Below, piece after piece: positions 1 through 13,840 of a stretch of DNA of 64,000 nt; the stretch's first letter is position 1, and every line of letters begins with the position of its first letter. The notes under the pieces are model-generated. The model saw nothing but the letters and a program-made list of their open reading frames with translations, was not told where the DNA came from and ran no database searches. The translations under genes and the position numbers were made by a program. Source of the stretch: the human T2T-CHM13v2.0 reference genome, Homo sapiens; the NCBI RefSeq assembly GCF_009914755.1, contig NC_060937.1; one strand, 5' to 3'.

Positions 1-1296
1 TGGATTAAACTTGAAGAAAATATTTTTAGTGATCTACAGGTAATTACATAGTCCAGTAACTTAGCAAATAGGACATTTGAATTTAATATTAGAAATTCAT
101 TGTAAATATTTATTTAGAATAATATATTATAAAATATATATTGCCCTGATCAAATGATTCCCGTGATATTTTTAGAAACGTCAAATAATTTTATGGACGT
201 ATTTATATGCCAAATTATTCCTACCTGACTTGTTCTAATTTAGGGGTAGAGAAAATTAAAACAGATAAGCAGGACCACTTACAGAGGTATGAGCATCCAG
301 ATATCTGGAAATGCTATTTGTTTTCTGCTTATCCACATTATTCAATATTCAAGTCGCTCATATTTTCAAAACTTCAGTAGAATGTGTTGCTTGCTGCATT
401 GATGGCATTTAGCTTTAGGCACTGCTGTAATAATTTTCTGTATTATTTGTCTTTTAATGGGCACCACAAAATAATTCACACTAATTAGTGTCATTTTAAT
501 TTATTGCACCATTTATCAAATCTACTATTTGTTTGACCCAAACGAGGTACTCATGAAACATAATTCTGACTAGGAGTATTACCATTTCCAGCTTAGTCTT
601 ATAATTGTGTATATATACAGTCAACTTAAATAAAAAGTTTCAACATTCTACCAGTAGCAGTAGCTGCATTGGAAACAAACAAATAAAATAACAAATTGCA
701 GCCCAGAATTCCTAGAGACACTACCATATTTTATGCTATTTTGAAGAGCCAAAATACTCAAGAAAATACAGCAGAGATATGAACTGTATGTAGCAAAGGA
801 ATCTGAGAAGACCACATGCATAGTGCATGAGGGGCTTAGCATAATTCCCAGGCCACTATAGGACCAAGACTTGATAATAGGGATGTAAACTGGTACAATT
901 AAATGTTCTCTTTTGCATATCATCTTATTTTTATGAAAATATATACTTCTTATATAAAAGAAATAATATTTTGTAATATTTGTGAATAATATTTACAAGT
1001 AGACATGGAAGAATAATCACACCAACTGCTGTTAGTAGGTTGTTGTTTTCCTTCCATATTAAACTCCACTTTGGTCTATGTATGTCATGAGCCTATTCAT
1101 TCTGCATGTAAAATCTGTAGTCCTTTAATGCACTTGTAGTTTAAGCATGACCTAATATAACATAATTTTGTTTAAAAATGAGATTTAAAGTTCTCTAATA
1201 CTTTAGTGAGCTTGTGACTTCCATTTACTTATGCATTACCCCACAATGAGCCTAAAGTTTATTGCCACAGTTTAACTACTAATATGTGCCATTTTC

Positions 1297-1298
<2 letters not shown>

Positions 1299-1342
<44 letters not shown>
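1299..1342. repeat. (AT)n microsatellite
   Basis: About 22 perfect AT units running directly into the Alu T-tail. Confidence 0.95.
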
Positions 1343-1654
<312 letters not shown>

Positions 1655-1749
1655 TTTTTTTTTTTTTTTTTAATGGGACAACATCTCTATGGTGGACTTT
1701 ATTAGTTATTTCCTTCCATATTCTTTTTTAAGGGGGCTGTTTTGTTAAA

Positions 1750-2403
1750 TTTTTTTATTATTATACTTTCAGTTTTAGGGTACATGTGCACAACGTGCAT
1801 GTTAGTTACATATGTATACATGTGCCATGTTGGTGTGCTGCACCCATTAACTCATCATTTAGCATTAGGTATATCTCCTAATGCTATCCCTCCCCCCTCC
1901 CCCCTCCCCCCACCCCAAAACAGTCCCCGGTGTATGATGTTCCCCTTCCTGTGTCCATGTGTTCTCATTGTTCAATTCCCACCTATGAGTGAGAACACGT
2001 GGTGTTTGGTTTTTTGTCCTTGTGATAGTTTGCTGAGAATGATGGTTTCCAGTTTCATCTATGTCTCTACAAAGGACATGAACTCATCATTTTTTATGGC
2101 TGCATAGTATTCCATGGTGTATATGTGCCACATTTTCTTAATCCAGTCTATCATTGTTGGACATTTGGGTTGGTTCCAAGTCCTTGCTATTGTGAATAGT
2201 GCCACTATAAACATACGTGTGCATGTGTCTTTATAGCAGCATGATTTATAGTCCTTTGGGTATATACCCAGTAATGGGATGGCTGGGTCAAATGGTATTT
2301 CTAGTTCTAGATCCCTGAGGAATTGCCACACTGACTTCCACAGTGGTTGAACTAGTTTACAGTCCCACCAACAGTGTAAAAGTGTTCCTATTTCTCCACA
2401 TCC
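1750..2403 (-). mobile_element. 5'-truncated L1PA (L1PA3-5-like): 3' UTR plus ORF2 C-terminus
   Basis: Canonical L1 3' end (TTATTATACTTT..AGTTTTAGGGTACATGTGCACAACGTGCA); ORF 2059-2433 reads GTLLHCWWDCKLVQPLWK...YAAIKNDEFMSF, the ORF2p Cys-rich C-terminus with a premature stop. Confidence 0.95.
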
Positions 2404-2870
2404 ACATGCTCTCCAGCAATGAGTGTTATCCAATTAAATGGTTATATTTTAAAAATGGTGTTTAATCTAATGTACATCTATTTGATTATTAGTTTCACTG
2501 AACATCTTATTTTGCTATTATCTTTGGTGAAAATTGAACATTTGTGTTGCATTTTTTAAAAGTTTAATTGGGAAGTAGATATTTTGCTTGTGCATTTCAA
2601 ACATAGGTGTTTACACTATGATTATCAGCTATTTGTTTGCCAAAATTGTTGCAAAAGATAAAAAGAAAATTGAATATTTTATCTTTTAACATGTTCTATT
2701 TTTATCAATATTGTAAATATTTTCCTTTGTGATTTCCTCTTATAATTTAATATTTAATTCTTTCATTGTTTGTGTAGGTAAAATGTTCTACATATGTTTT
2801 GTTTCTACCTTATTAATTTTATTATTCAAATCACTAGTTTATTTAGTTTGAGGTCTATTCGACCAATGAG
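2404..2870 (-). mobile_element. Old L1M fragment
   Basis: Degenerate similarity to antisense L1M ORF2/3' region (ATGGTGTTTAATCTAATGTACATCTATTTGATTATT...GAACAT). Confidence 0.45.
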
Positions 2871-4459
2871 AACAGGAAGAAACTTGTCAAAGTCCCAGAA
2901 CAGTTGTGTTTCTCTTAGTTTATCATTGTTATTCTAACAGGATTCTGGTTTATACATTTTGTTGCCATCCTATTTATTACATAAACATTCCTGAGTGATT
3001 AGTCACTGTGGATTGGACATTTTGTCAATTTCAGCTAACCCTATTTGTCTTGATCAAAGCCTTTTTCTTACATCCTTCTTTGTCTGCAACTCATTTGCCA
3101 GTTGTGCACTGTTTATGTGTTCTTCAGCCACATCATTGTCAACTTTTGTTTTAAAATTCATGCTAAATTTTGTTTTACATGTGTCTTTGCAATGCAGTAT
3201 TTATTTGTGTTTAATATCTCAAATTAATCTGAGCATCAAAGGGGAATTTAGCCAGCTTATGATCATTCTCAGAAGTGATGCGTTTGGTTTTTTGCTTTGT
3301 TTGGTGGCATTGATTATTTCACACATCTTGCATGTTTGTTTCCTTTGGATTTTGGTGTAAGATTTTTCCCATCTCCACGGACTGTAGGAAGAGGTGCTGG
3401 TGGAACAAGGTCAGCAGCAATGGGGCTACCTCAAAAAGCAGTAAAGGAGGACAGGCTGGTATTACTTACTTATTTGCATTCTTTTGTTTTATTTTATTTG
3501 TTTGTTTGTGTTAGGAGAAAGAGCTTATGATTTGCAGTTTGGGGACAAACACTGGGAAAGTGTTTTCCTGCCTCTTGTCTTGATGGCAGGATTACAATAA
3601 CTTTAGCAAATAAGAATGACATGATGCTTCCACTTTGTTTCTCAATTGTTGAATTACACTATAGGTGAAAATTTCTCCCATATTCTATAAATGGCTTTAT
3701 TATAAATTCTAAGGGGTGTGGCAGTGTGAGTATTCCTCATTTCTGTTTTCCTATCACCCTTCAGTCTACACAGCAGTATTTCAACTTTCCTTCCCTCTCT
3801 TTATATCTCTAGCTCTGAGTTCACAGCCTAACTTCTAGCTGATGCACTTACTATTTACATCATAGAAGTATCTTGAAATCATCAAATAAATGTCTAACTG
3901 CCTTGGATTACACAATGAACTTCTCCCTGCACCCTTTTCCTTCTTCCTTCCTGGTTTGGTAAGCATCTTCCCCTAGGGCATAAGGCAGCTCTCCACTTCA
4001 CTCTGTACCATATCACCTTTAACATTCTCGGAGACCTTACACTTTTGAATTGCATTCTCCAAGTCTGGTCTTTTCAAAGACTCCTGCTTCATTCATTCTA
4101 TCCTATCAGCTTTTATATAAAATAGAAAAACAGAACAGCTTAAAAATAAAAAAAAGAAGAACTAAACCAAACCTCAACTTCACAACACCCTGCAGCTACT
4201 ACCTTAAAATATCTCCTACTTTCACACCCAGACTTCTTGTTGACACTATTCTCTCATCTTGACAATTCTGCTCACTCTGTCACACAGTTGAGCATCTGCC
4301 TTTTTACTTCTCCAGCACCCGTTCTTTATCCTGGATAAGCCTCCCTCCCCATTTCAATGAAATTACATTTCCTTAATTAAAAGCGTAGTTTTGGAAGAGA
4401 GGGACAAACATAACCCCAGCTGTGTCCTTTACCTCTTGTCTCATAAAAGGTGGGGTAAC

Positions 4460-4750
4460 AGATGACCCTAAAACACAAGAGCTTTTTGCAGCAAGGCTTA
4501 TTCTCTGTGGACCACAGATTGGCTGCTTGTTGCTGCTTTAGGTTGAGCAGAACTGGGAAGATCTGCTTCAAGCTGCAAGTCTGGCTGTCCTGAGATTCTG
4601 CTGCACGTGGGGCTCAGGTTTGCTTCTCACATATTCATTCTGTGGCTCAGGCTGAAGGGGCAGCAACTACTCGGAAGGAACTCCTCCAGGCAGGGGGTTG
4701 AGATGCAAGAGAGCAAGCTTCCCAGAACACCACGCGCCAAGTTTCTCCCG
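4460..4750 (-). mobile_element. MLT1-family (ERVL-MaLR) LTR remnant
   Basis: MLT1K/L-like phrases CTGCTTCAAGCTGCAAG and AGGCTGAAGGGGCAGCAACTAC. Confidence 0.4.
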
Positions 4751-5129
4751 GTGTCAAGGCCACTGGCAGCCATTTTTTCCTGACATGAGAGAAATCCCAC
4801 AAGAGAGAATAACACATATACACAAAAGTCAGGAATTAAATACAGTACCCCCTGGCATCAAGATGCTGATTCCAGTTATACCGGAGGCCTAGACAAAATG
4901 ACAGTTTATTTAACGTTGCTAATACGTCTCTTGGTTCGATTACGATGTTTGGATCAAGTTCTCTCACTGACATCCGTTGACGTAAATACAGTCACACTCT
5001 CTTTTACAACATCCTGGGTTTTGATGGCGTCATATTATATTGAAACTGTACTATCTGTCTTAGCAGTGTCTTTCAGTTCAGCCTTTAGTTTTTTTAGTCT
5101 CGGAAAAAAATGGCAATATGAATGATACC

Positions 5130-6060
5130 ATCTTCTTAAAAAACTCCTCCTCTGGCTTCCAAAACTGCTCTCATTCTTGCATCTCACGTTCCTCTTCCTC
5201 GATTTCATTTGTGGGCTTCTCTATCTAAGGCTGCAAAATTAACATTGATGTACTTTGGGTTTCTGCTTTAGTCAAACCTAATACCTCATTTTAGACACTC
5301 TCCCTATCAAATTGTATCCATTTCTGTATTTCTAGTACCATGTAAATGAAGATGTATCTAGAATCAATATTTTCAATCCAAATTTTTTTTCTAAATGTCA
5401 GATCCATATGCATAACTTATCTCTGGACATCTGTAGGCATATACTTAACATACTTTTTCATCCATGAAAATTTAATTTTTCATCACGCCAAAATTAAATT
5501 CATTTCATCCCTCAAAATGCTTCCACTTCCTTCCCTGCCTCCTTCATGTAATGAAAGTAACCGTCATTCACAAACTTCGGTATGTTTTAGTTATTTTTCT
5601 GTTTCAGGTTATTCCCATTTTTTTACATGGATTACTGCAACGGTATCTTCATTCGCTTTACTGACTTCAGTTTAATATATGACAAACTATACTCCATATT
5701 GCACTCAGAATTACCTATTATGCCAATAATATTATGACGCTTACCTCTCAAGGAATTCTCCAGTGCCTCCCTTTGCTGTTAGGATGAAGTTCAAACTTCT
5801 TACGATGCTTGCTGAGGTCGTTGTGGATGAGTTGGTTTCTGCTGATCTTTACAGTGCTTCCCCCATCACTATTCACCAGCACTCTATCCATGCTTAAGCT
5901 CTACTGAATACGCATCAATTTCTTAGATGCAGAATGCTCTATCTTGTCTCAAGTCTTTCAGGAACATTTACCTCTGGTTGCAAAATATCAATTCCCTTTT
6001 CCTTCCACCGGCCCTTTTGCCTTGATAATAGTTCATATTGCACTGCAACATTAAAGCCCT
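5130..6060 (+). mobile_element. L2 fragments
   Basis: Pyrimidine-rich L2 3'-region motifs in consensus order (CTCTGGCTTCC, CTCTGGACAT, TGGATTACTGCAAC, GTTCAAACTTCTTA). Confidence 0.6.
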
Positions 6061-6284
6061 CTAGCAAAGAAATACAAAGACTTGTCTTTTTATTGGTTGA
6101 AAATAGGAACAAATACCATTCACAGAGATTTAAAAATATATTATTTATCAACCTTTGATGCCCTAACAATTGAAATTTCCACATTTATATATTTCTTTGT
6201 GGAAAAATTTGACGTGTAACTCTTCATTCAGGCTACTGCAGATATCATTACCACTAAAGAATTGATTGAGAATGCCCTCAAACC

Positions 6285-6654
6285 CTGGTTAAGTCTTCTC
6301 ATGCTGCTATAACAAAATATGTTTGACCAGGATATTTGTAAACAACAATAATTTATTGTAAACAATAATAATTTATTGCTCACAGCTCTGGAGGCTGGGA
6401 AGTCCAAGATCAAGGTGCCAGTAGAGCTAGTGTCTGATAAGAGCTCATGCCCGGATTCAAAGATGGTGCCTTCTAGCTATGCCTTTACGTGATGGAAGGG
6501 GTGAACAAGCCTCGTTTATAAGGGAGCAAATCCCAGTTTTGAAGGCAGACGCTTATGACCTAATCACCTCCAAAAGGTGCCTATAATACTATCATCTTGG
6601 GGGTTAGTTTGCCAAATGTGTTTTGGGGGGAACGTAGACATTTAGACCATAGTA
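6285..6654 (-). mobile_element. MLT1A/MST-type MaLR solo LTR
   Basis: GCTGCTATAACAAAATA...CACAGCTCTGGAGGCTGGGAAGTCCAAGATCAAGGTGCCA...AGACCATAG; contains a 20-bp internal tandem duplication. Confidence 0.85.
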
Positions 6655-7149
6655 CCTCCCATAAACTAATTTCTTAATATTAGTTACTAGTAAGTTAATT
6701 TATATATATATAAACATAAATAGCTTATGATAAACATAAGTTTATGTTATTTTATATATGTATAATTTAAATAACTTATGTTTATCATCAGAGAATCTAG
6801 GAGATGGGTACTTTTCCATCTTCTGTACTTTACTCAGTTTTGAGAAAGAGAAAATGAATTTACTCCATTTGTAATTCTCAAGGAAAGAAACATTATGAAG
6901 TAATAATTTGGAAAAATGCTTGCAAACATGAAAGCATATTTAAAGTCAATCTGAGTAGAGTTTTTTTCAAAGAAGAGTTCAATTAATCATGCATTATGAC
7001 ATATCAATTACATAGAGTACTAAGAACATATAGCATCGTTTCTTATGTGCTGCTGTAATTGTAGATATTTTACATGTAGATCATCATAAGTATGGTAGCT
7101 GTCATTATTTTTGAGAATGTGCCCTCTTCCTATGAGTTATTAAGATTAC

Positions 7150-7630
7150 TGATCGAGACCACTAAGCATATACCCATAGTCCAACAAGTTAGGCTAACTT
7201 AACTTGCTGCAGAAAAGGAAAATACATCCCAGGGCAACTGTGGCGACATCTCAAAAAAGAGATTTGGGAGGAGCATTTTATAGAATTCAGGCTTATGCTG
7301 AATAATTCTTGGGAGAAATTCAGAAAGATATGCCTGGTTTTGAATTGAATTCTTCTTGTAAGCAGAGGGAATTCAGAAAGTGTTTATCTTGTACATTTTA
7401 TCTAAGAGGAAGAACCATTAAAACAGGGCTGATGTTATCATTGATTAAAAAAGCAACCATCATCCACGTTAGGTAAAAGTCAAGTGGTTCAATCACTTTT
7501 TAATTGTGTTTGTCCTTGTCCTGTTGCAAACATGCTTACAGTATGGCCTTATTTGAATGCTGTTTGTATTCAGTTTGGGAATACCATGTTCTGGTTGCCA
7601 GCAGGGCTGTTTTTAATTTTCTCAGAAGTG
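7150..7630 (-). mobile_element. Degenerate ERV LTR (ERV1 MER-type, tentative)
   Basis: LTR-like composition and motifs; family not resolved. Confidence 0.3.
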
Positions 7631-10399
7631 ATCTCAGACCCTCCACACCAACACCGAGTTGGCCATGAGTCTTGCTCAAATCAGTGGATTATGAGTAGAA
7701 GTGACATGTGAGTTATGAAAAAAAAAACTTTCAGACCACTGTCTTGCCCACCAAGTCTCTCTTTTTCCTTCACTGTGAAACCTGTGATGCTGCAGACAGG
7801 GGTTGTTTCTCCAAGCTGGGTCCTAGCATGATGGTAACAAGGAGCAAAATCATGATCCACATTAAAGGACTTAAAATTCCTGTATTCAACCAACTTTTGC
7901 ATGAGGAAGCTACTGAAATATAAGGGCTATTGGGGCCTGTTATATTATTGAGCCTAAGCTGTATGATATATATATTTATCAGAACAAGTTCTTATCTAAT
8001 TATAATCACTCTATGAAAAATTGCCTAATTTACATTTCCTGTTACCTTCAAAATAGTTACTGGCTAGCAACCTGATTTGTCGGTATACTTATTATAGATT
8101 CATCTCTTGTGCATAGAATCTGTAAATGATATATAAAACTAGATTTATAACTTATTAATTTATAATGATAAATATGACGAGATTAGTCCTCAACAATGTG
8201 TATCTTTTATAAACAAATACCGTTGCCGAGAGGCCAAGAAGAACTCACATTCTTATTACGTGTGCTTACTGATCTTACAGGCAAATTCATAAGGGAAGAT
8301 AAACCATTATTTTAAAAAAATTGTAACATATAGGATCATTGTACAATAATTTAGATAAATCAATTGTTGATTTGTATTAGGCTAAGGTATAATATCTTTA
8401 CTATTGAAAGAGTTCAGCAGGAGTGGAATACTCAAAGTTCCATGGTTCCTTCTATCCTGGGCAGCTCATGGTTCGATATTGGCCACAACATTTGCAGTTA
8501 AATAGAATATTAGGACTGTGATATAAATTATCACCTATGTATTCACATTTTTATATACATGTGTAAAAATTTGGATGTTCACATCTTAATTTTTCACTTG
8601 GTGGTGTGATGACAAAATATAAATTCATGCACTATTGGAAACATATTTTCCTAATGTCTTCATACATGAATTGCTAGTTTTCTTAATGGTGACATTAAAT
8701 CCTCATAAAATGATTGGGTATCTTTCACCATCTCCTTCCTTTGTGCATACATAAAGTACATCTCCTGGGACCACTGAACATGGATTCTTTGTGAAATGAA
8801 GCTTTTCTGTCAGGCAGTTAAAAAAAATTATTACCATCCAAGCAGATGGAACATCAGTAATTTGGTACTAATCAGCTCAACTGGTTTTACAGAATTTCTG
8901 CCTTTAATGTTCTGTGCCTTCATTGTGTATGATTTACATCTAAGCTGAAAGGAGCTTCAAAGGCTGGCAGCTATCAATAGCTGGCTGATGCTATCTCCTC
9001 ATCGTTAGTCTTTCCATCGCCAAGTGGTCTTTGGATCAGGTGACCGAGAATAGCTATTGAAAACAGCACACCTGTAAACTGTTCTTTTTCCACCGTGAGC
9101 CCGATTAAGACTTTGCAGAATAAATGGGGCACTGTATGTTTCAGACCACCAAGTGACCACACCATTATTCTATCAGCCATCAAGGATAAGCGAGACAGAT
9201 AAAGATATAATGCTTGCAGATAGAATCACTTTCATCCAGGAAGAAGGTAACAGACACATAAAGACTGGTTCAGCTATGGATTAAGTATCGGATAGTTTTT
9301 TCACCCATGTGTTATCTATAGTTTCAATATGGTAAAGATTTTGTTTTGTTTTCAAAAGTTCTTGAAAAAATATACCAAAGGAAGTCCTTCAAAAATAGTA
9401 TCACCTAAACTGAATGCTAGGCTTTTGGAAAGTTGCTGTTTTATTTTCTTGGAGTTTCATTTCAAGATGTTGTATTCCCCAATGTGATTACATTGAACAG
9501 ATGTTCAATAGTTTATCCAGTTTCTTTTAAATGCCTGAATTAAAACATTTTATCCACTCCAAACTTCTCTAATTTCCTTTCAACTCCAAAAGTGGAATTT
9601 GCATAAAGTAGGATCCCAAAGGAGTTTTGATGCTGTGATCTAATGCCATGCTGTTTTTGTTTAATTTAGCTACCGTTTCTAAAGCCACGGCAAGAAGCAA
9701 CTAGGATATTGATTCATAAATGGTAAAAAGTACAATGCTTTTCTTTCCAGTCTTACTTTTGTGAGTACTTCTCTAAAGGATGTAGAGTTAAATTACTTCT
9801 AAACAAATACCAAAAATAGCTATGACTTTGTAATGTGATATTAATCTGATAAACAGAGACAAGCTAGCTCCTTCATCCGATAAATGAAATATAATTTATT
9901 TTAGAGCTAAGAAATGTTTGTCATTTATATCATAAAGTAAATCTCAACACAAAAGTTACTTACAAAATCATTGCTTTTGCATCACTTTTCACTGTTGATT
10001 TAATATCCATAGTTAAATGCCCGTAAAGCACAAAAATTCCACTCTCTTTGAATAAGAAGTATACCTATTCATAATTGGATGCCAAAATGTAGCCCTTAAT
10101 AGTCCTAAGAAGCAGATGCCAGAAAACTGGCTCCTACAGAGATAACAGCAAGTGTATTTGTTTTGTTTTTATGGGTTAAGAGGCAGGGAAAGGGAATTCA
10201 TGAAACATACTAAACTTGTCTTGCTTTTTACGATCACGCTGAAATAACCTGTTAGGATTCAACACAGCACTGCTGTGGACAAGTGTTCTTCAATTGTGCA
10301 TGGTGGTCAGAGAACCTGAATTCATTTTTAATAGACTCCTGCATCCTACACGCTCATAGAGCAGTGCAACATATTTGAATACTACATGAGTGAGTTTTA

Positions 10400-11070
10400 A
10401 AACTTTTTAAATATGAAAAACCTCAAATGTATGTAAAAATAAAGAACACAAGATAATGAACCCAGAGGTACTCATCCCTCTGTATCATAAGCTTTAAATT
10501 CCCTGTTCAATTTCATGTCAGCTACATCCTCATTCCCTTCTTTTAAACCCATATAACTTTAAAAGAAATCCCAATATCATTTCATCCTATTTACATCTAT
10601 TTTAATGTCTATTTCTAGGTGATAAAGATTTTAACAAAAATAATTCACTATACAATTATTCTGAAAAAAATTACTTACAATCATATAATATCTAGTCAGT
10701 GTTTAAATTCCCTTGTTTTCCCTATGGATGCTTTCATTTAACAGATTCTTTGTTTGAATCAGAATTCAAAAAAGCCATATAGTATCCTTGGTTGGTGTGA
10801 CTCAAGTCTCTTTTATTCTGCAGTTTCCTCCTTGTTGACATGCTTTCCTTTGCCATGCATTTGTGAATGACACTGAGTCATTTATCCCATAGAGTCTGCC
10901 ACAGTCTAAATTGTTCTGACTTTATTTACTGGTGTCATGTTTATGTTCTCTACCTATTGTTTTTCTGTAAATTAATAGATGCTTGCTCAGAGTAGTGTTT
11001 GATTTGATTTGTTTTTTTTTTTTTTTTTTGAGTGGAGAAGACTGTTTCATCAGTAATTACTTCTATCAGG
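10400..11070 (-). mobile_element. L1MC4/5-like 3' end fragment
   Basis: AACTTTTTAAATATGAAAAACCTCAAATGTATGTAAAAATAAAGAAC...ATAATGAACCC resembles antisense L1MC 3' UTR. Confidence 0.55.
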
Positions 11071-11769
11071 AAATAGATAATACCTTATTGATGACATGGT
11101 GACCATTTTTATTTTTTTGTATTTTTGCCCCTTTGACTTTAGTAACACTACAAAATCTGATGAAAACTTTATGTTTCAGTTTTTGAAGTCTTGCCACAGA
11201 AGTGAAAGCTATAAAATAACTAGATAATTAATTCAATCTACAATTAGAGGCATATCATGCATTAATCACCATTCCCCTTGAAAGAGAAGAGGGGAAGGAT
11301 AAAGCATAGTCCTTTCAATTAAGGAGCACACGGTTCAGTGGTATGAAGATACATGTAAACAAAAATTCCAGCATTACATGGTATTTGTGAAAGGTATGAA
11401 TCCATGCAAGATGATGTGACTCTTTGTCTGTAAAAGAATTGAGTGCAGAAATCTCGTCCAGAGAAAAGGTCTTATGTAGAAATGAAGAAATAGTAGAGCA
11501 AGCATATTTCATGTGACTCAATCATAGAGTTAACATGCGATCTACTAAATCAGACATTATCTAGGAAACTCTAGAGAACAACAGTACTTTGTTAAATTGG
11601 AAAAAGAGACATGATCAAATATATGGTTTGAAAAGAAAATTCTGCTATGAAAATGCCAGAATGATTACATTGAGAGAGAATTGGCAAAATTGAAAGGAGA
11701 AAAGCTACTCAAGAAGCTATTCAATGCAGACATTGATTAGATATGTGTTAAAAGCATATAATTCAGTGG

Positions 11770-11910
11770 AAGCAGGTGGAATATCTGAATTCAAATTCAA
11801 GTTGCTTCTAGGCTTCAGACTCTGCCCAAAGTACAAGTCTTAGACAGACCAAGTTACCCTTTAGCATCTGAGTTGTCCTATCAGTAAAGTGAGGACAACT
11901 GTATTTCTCA
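11770..11910 (+). mobile_element. MIR
   Basis: Degenerate MIR core (CAAGTTACCCT...CTATCAGTAAAGTGAGGACAA). Confidence 0.5.
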
Positions 11911-11914
11911 AGAA

Positions 11915-12450
11915 GGATCTGGTTTCAATGGACAACAAGCCCAATTCAAACTTGCACAAGAACAGGGGAATTCATTGTGTCTTGTGAAATAATGTTCAAG
12001 AGAATACCTGGAGAAACTTGACCCAGGAACTTTCCTTGTCAGCAGGGACTGGCATTTCTCCATCTCAGCTCTGTTCACATCTATGTGAGCCCCACCTTAA
12101 TGTAGTGATATTTATGGAGCAGACCTCTGGATCTCCAGGATGACATCCTCACCCTCAAGCCCAATAGAAAAGGAAGAGACATTGTTCTCTAAGTGTATCA
12201 ATACAAGTTTTGGGGTGGATCCCATTGGCGTAAATGGGATTAGTTACACATCCCTGCACCAATCCCCTTGGCTGGTAGACTGGGGTTTACAGATTGACTT
12301 AAACTATAGCCACCTTCAACAATATGGTTGAGTTACTCTTTATTACATAAAGAGTGAACTAAGGAACTATCTACTTTAAAAAAAAAATAGGGCATTACCA
12401 TGAAACAAATGAGGAACAAATACTTGACAATAAAGTTGCAAATGTCCGGT
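11915..12450 (-). mobile_element. MLT1J/K-like LTR remnant
   Basis: CCCAATTCAAACTTGCACAAGAACAGGGGAATTCATTG and later CACATCCCTGCACCAATC resemble MLT1J/K. Confidence 0.45.
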
Positions 12451-12753
12451 ATCAGAAAATAAAAACTGCCTATTAAGTCAGAACCTCATATATTCTGTCA
12501 TACTCTCTTGGCTTACCCTCTCCCCACCTTTTTTTTTCCCTCTAGCCATTGCTGGCTGGGGCAACCAGGATGCAAAGGCACTGTCTGACAGCTCTTGCCT
12601 CAGTTCAGGGACTGCAGTAGATAAGCTATGTGTCATTCCAATCCTGCTTAGGAGAAGAATCACTGCCCATGTGCAAGAGCTGTAGTTAGCTGGCAGACTC
12701 CATCTGCTAATTCTTTCCAGGTCCACTTCAGCCTTTTGGCCAGTCACTTTTTA

Positions 12754-13068
<315 letters not shown>

Positions 13069-13099
13069 AGTCACATTTTTAGCCTTGTGTCCTGCTCAA

Positions 13100-13570
13100 T
13101 GATTGGGCAAGGTAGTGCTGTCCAGGTCACTTTTTTTTGAGTCGTTAATAGCAAGATGGTAACGTAACAACCTAGTCATTTCTGCCCTAATGAGCACGCT
13201 GGCTCAGAAGTCCAGGGACTCCTCAGTCTGACAGCCTGTCTTGGCTAACTTCCATTTCCCTTCTTTTACCCCATTTATGTTATTCCTTAACAAATCCTTC
13301 ACATACACAATGCCCTCCCCGTGTCTGTTTCCCAAACAGCTCACCTTGAACAGAGATTTTCTGCTCCATATTGGAAGATATACAAGAGCCCACCCAATCA
13401 TTTCAGTAAGTGCACACCCGGAAATGCAAGAGAGTCAACAATGGCTGTGGTCAGTGATGGATGGAAGTTGTTAAAGGCATTCTTTCCTGCTTTGTGTCTC
13501 CGATGGACAACTTGGAGGTGTATTCCACATGGGTTCTCAAAGGGTTCACAGTTTGATATTTAGTTGCACA
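13100..13570 (+). mobile_element. LTR16-like (ERVL) remnants
   Basis: LTR 3'-end-like TAACAAATCCTTCACA...GTCTGTTTCCC and GGACAACTTGGAGGTGTATTCCACA. Confidence 0.35.
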
Positions 13571-13681
13571 AAAAATAATCAGCCTACTCTTTCTGGTACT
13601 TCAACTTCTGTTTCCAGTGAAAGCATGCAGATGCTAGTCTCTAGCTCAGCTCTTGGAGGAGATCCAAATTAAAATTCTGGC

Positions 13682-13840
13682 TGATCCAGTTACATAGTTT
13701 GTGGGGCCAATGGCAAAATAAAATGCAGGTTCCCTTGCTCAAAAAAAATTCATAATTTAAAGACAGCAACAGCATGCCATTAAACCAAAAAGCCCTTCTA
13801 GTGCCCAAGCACAGGTCACCCCCTGTGAAGCTAGCCCCAA
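13682..13840 (-). mobile_element. MER45A (hAT-Tip100 MITE)
   Basis: Reverse complement follows the MER45A consensus along its length (GGGCTAGCTTCAC...GACCTGTGC...TGGTTTAATG...GGCCCCACAAACTATGTA). Confidence 0.8.

Noticed and set aside
1888-1930. G-quadruplex-capable tract on the minus strand
   Set aside because: Ordinary G-rich tract of the L1 3' UTR
2059-2433. 124-aa ORF with clear protein-like sequence
   Set aside because: L1 ORF2p C-terminal remnant in a truncated element, not a host gene
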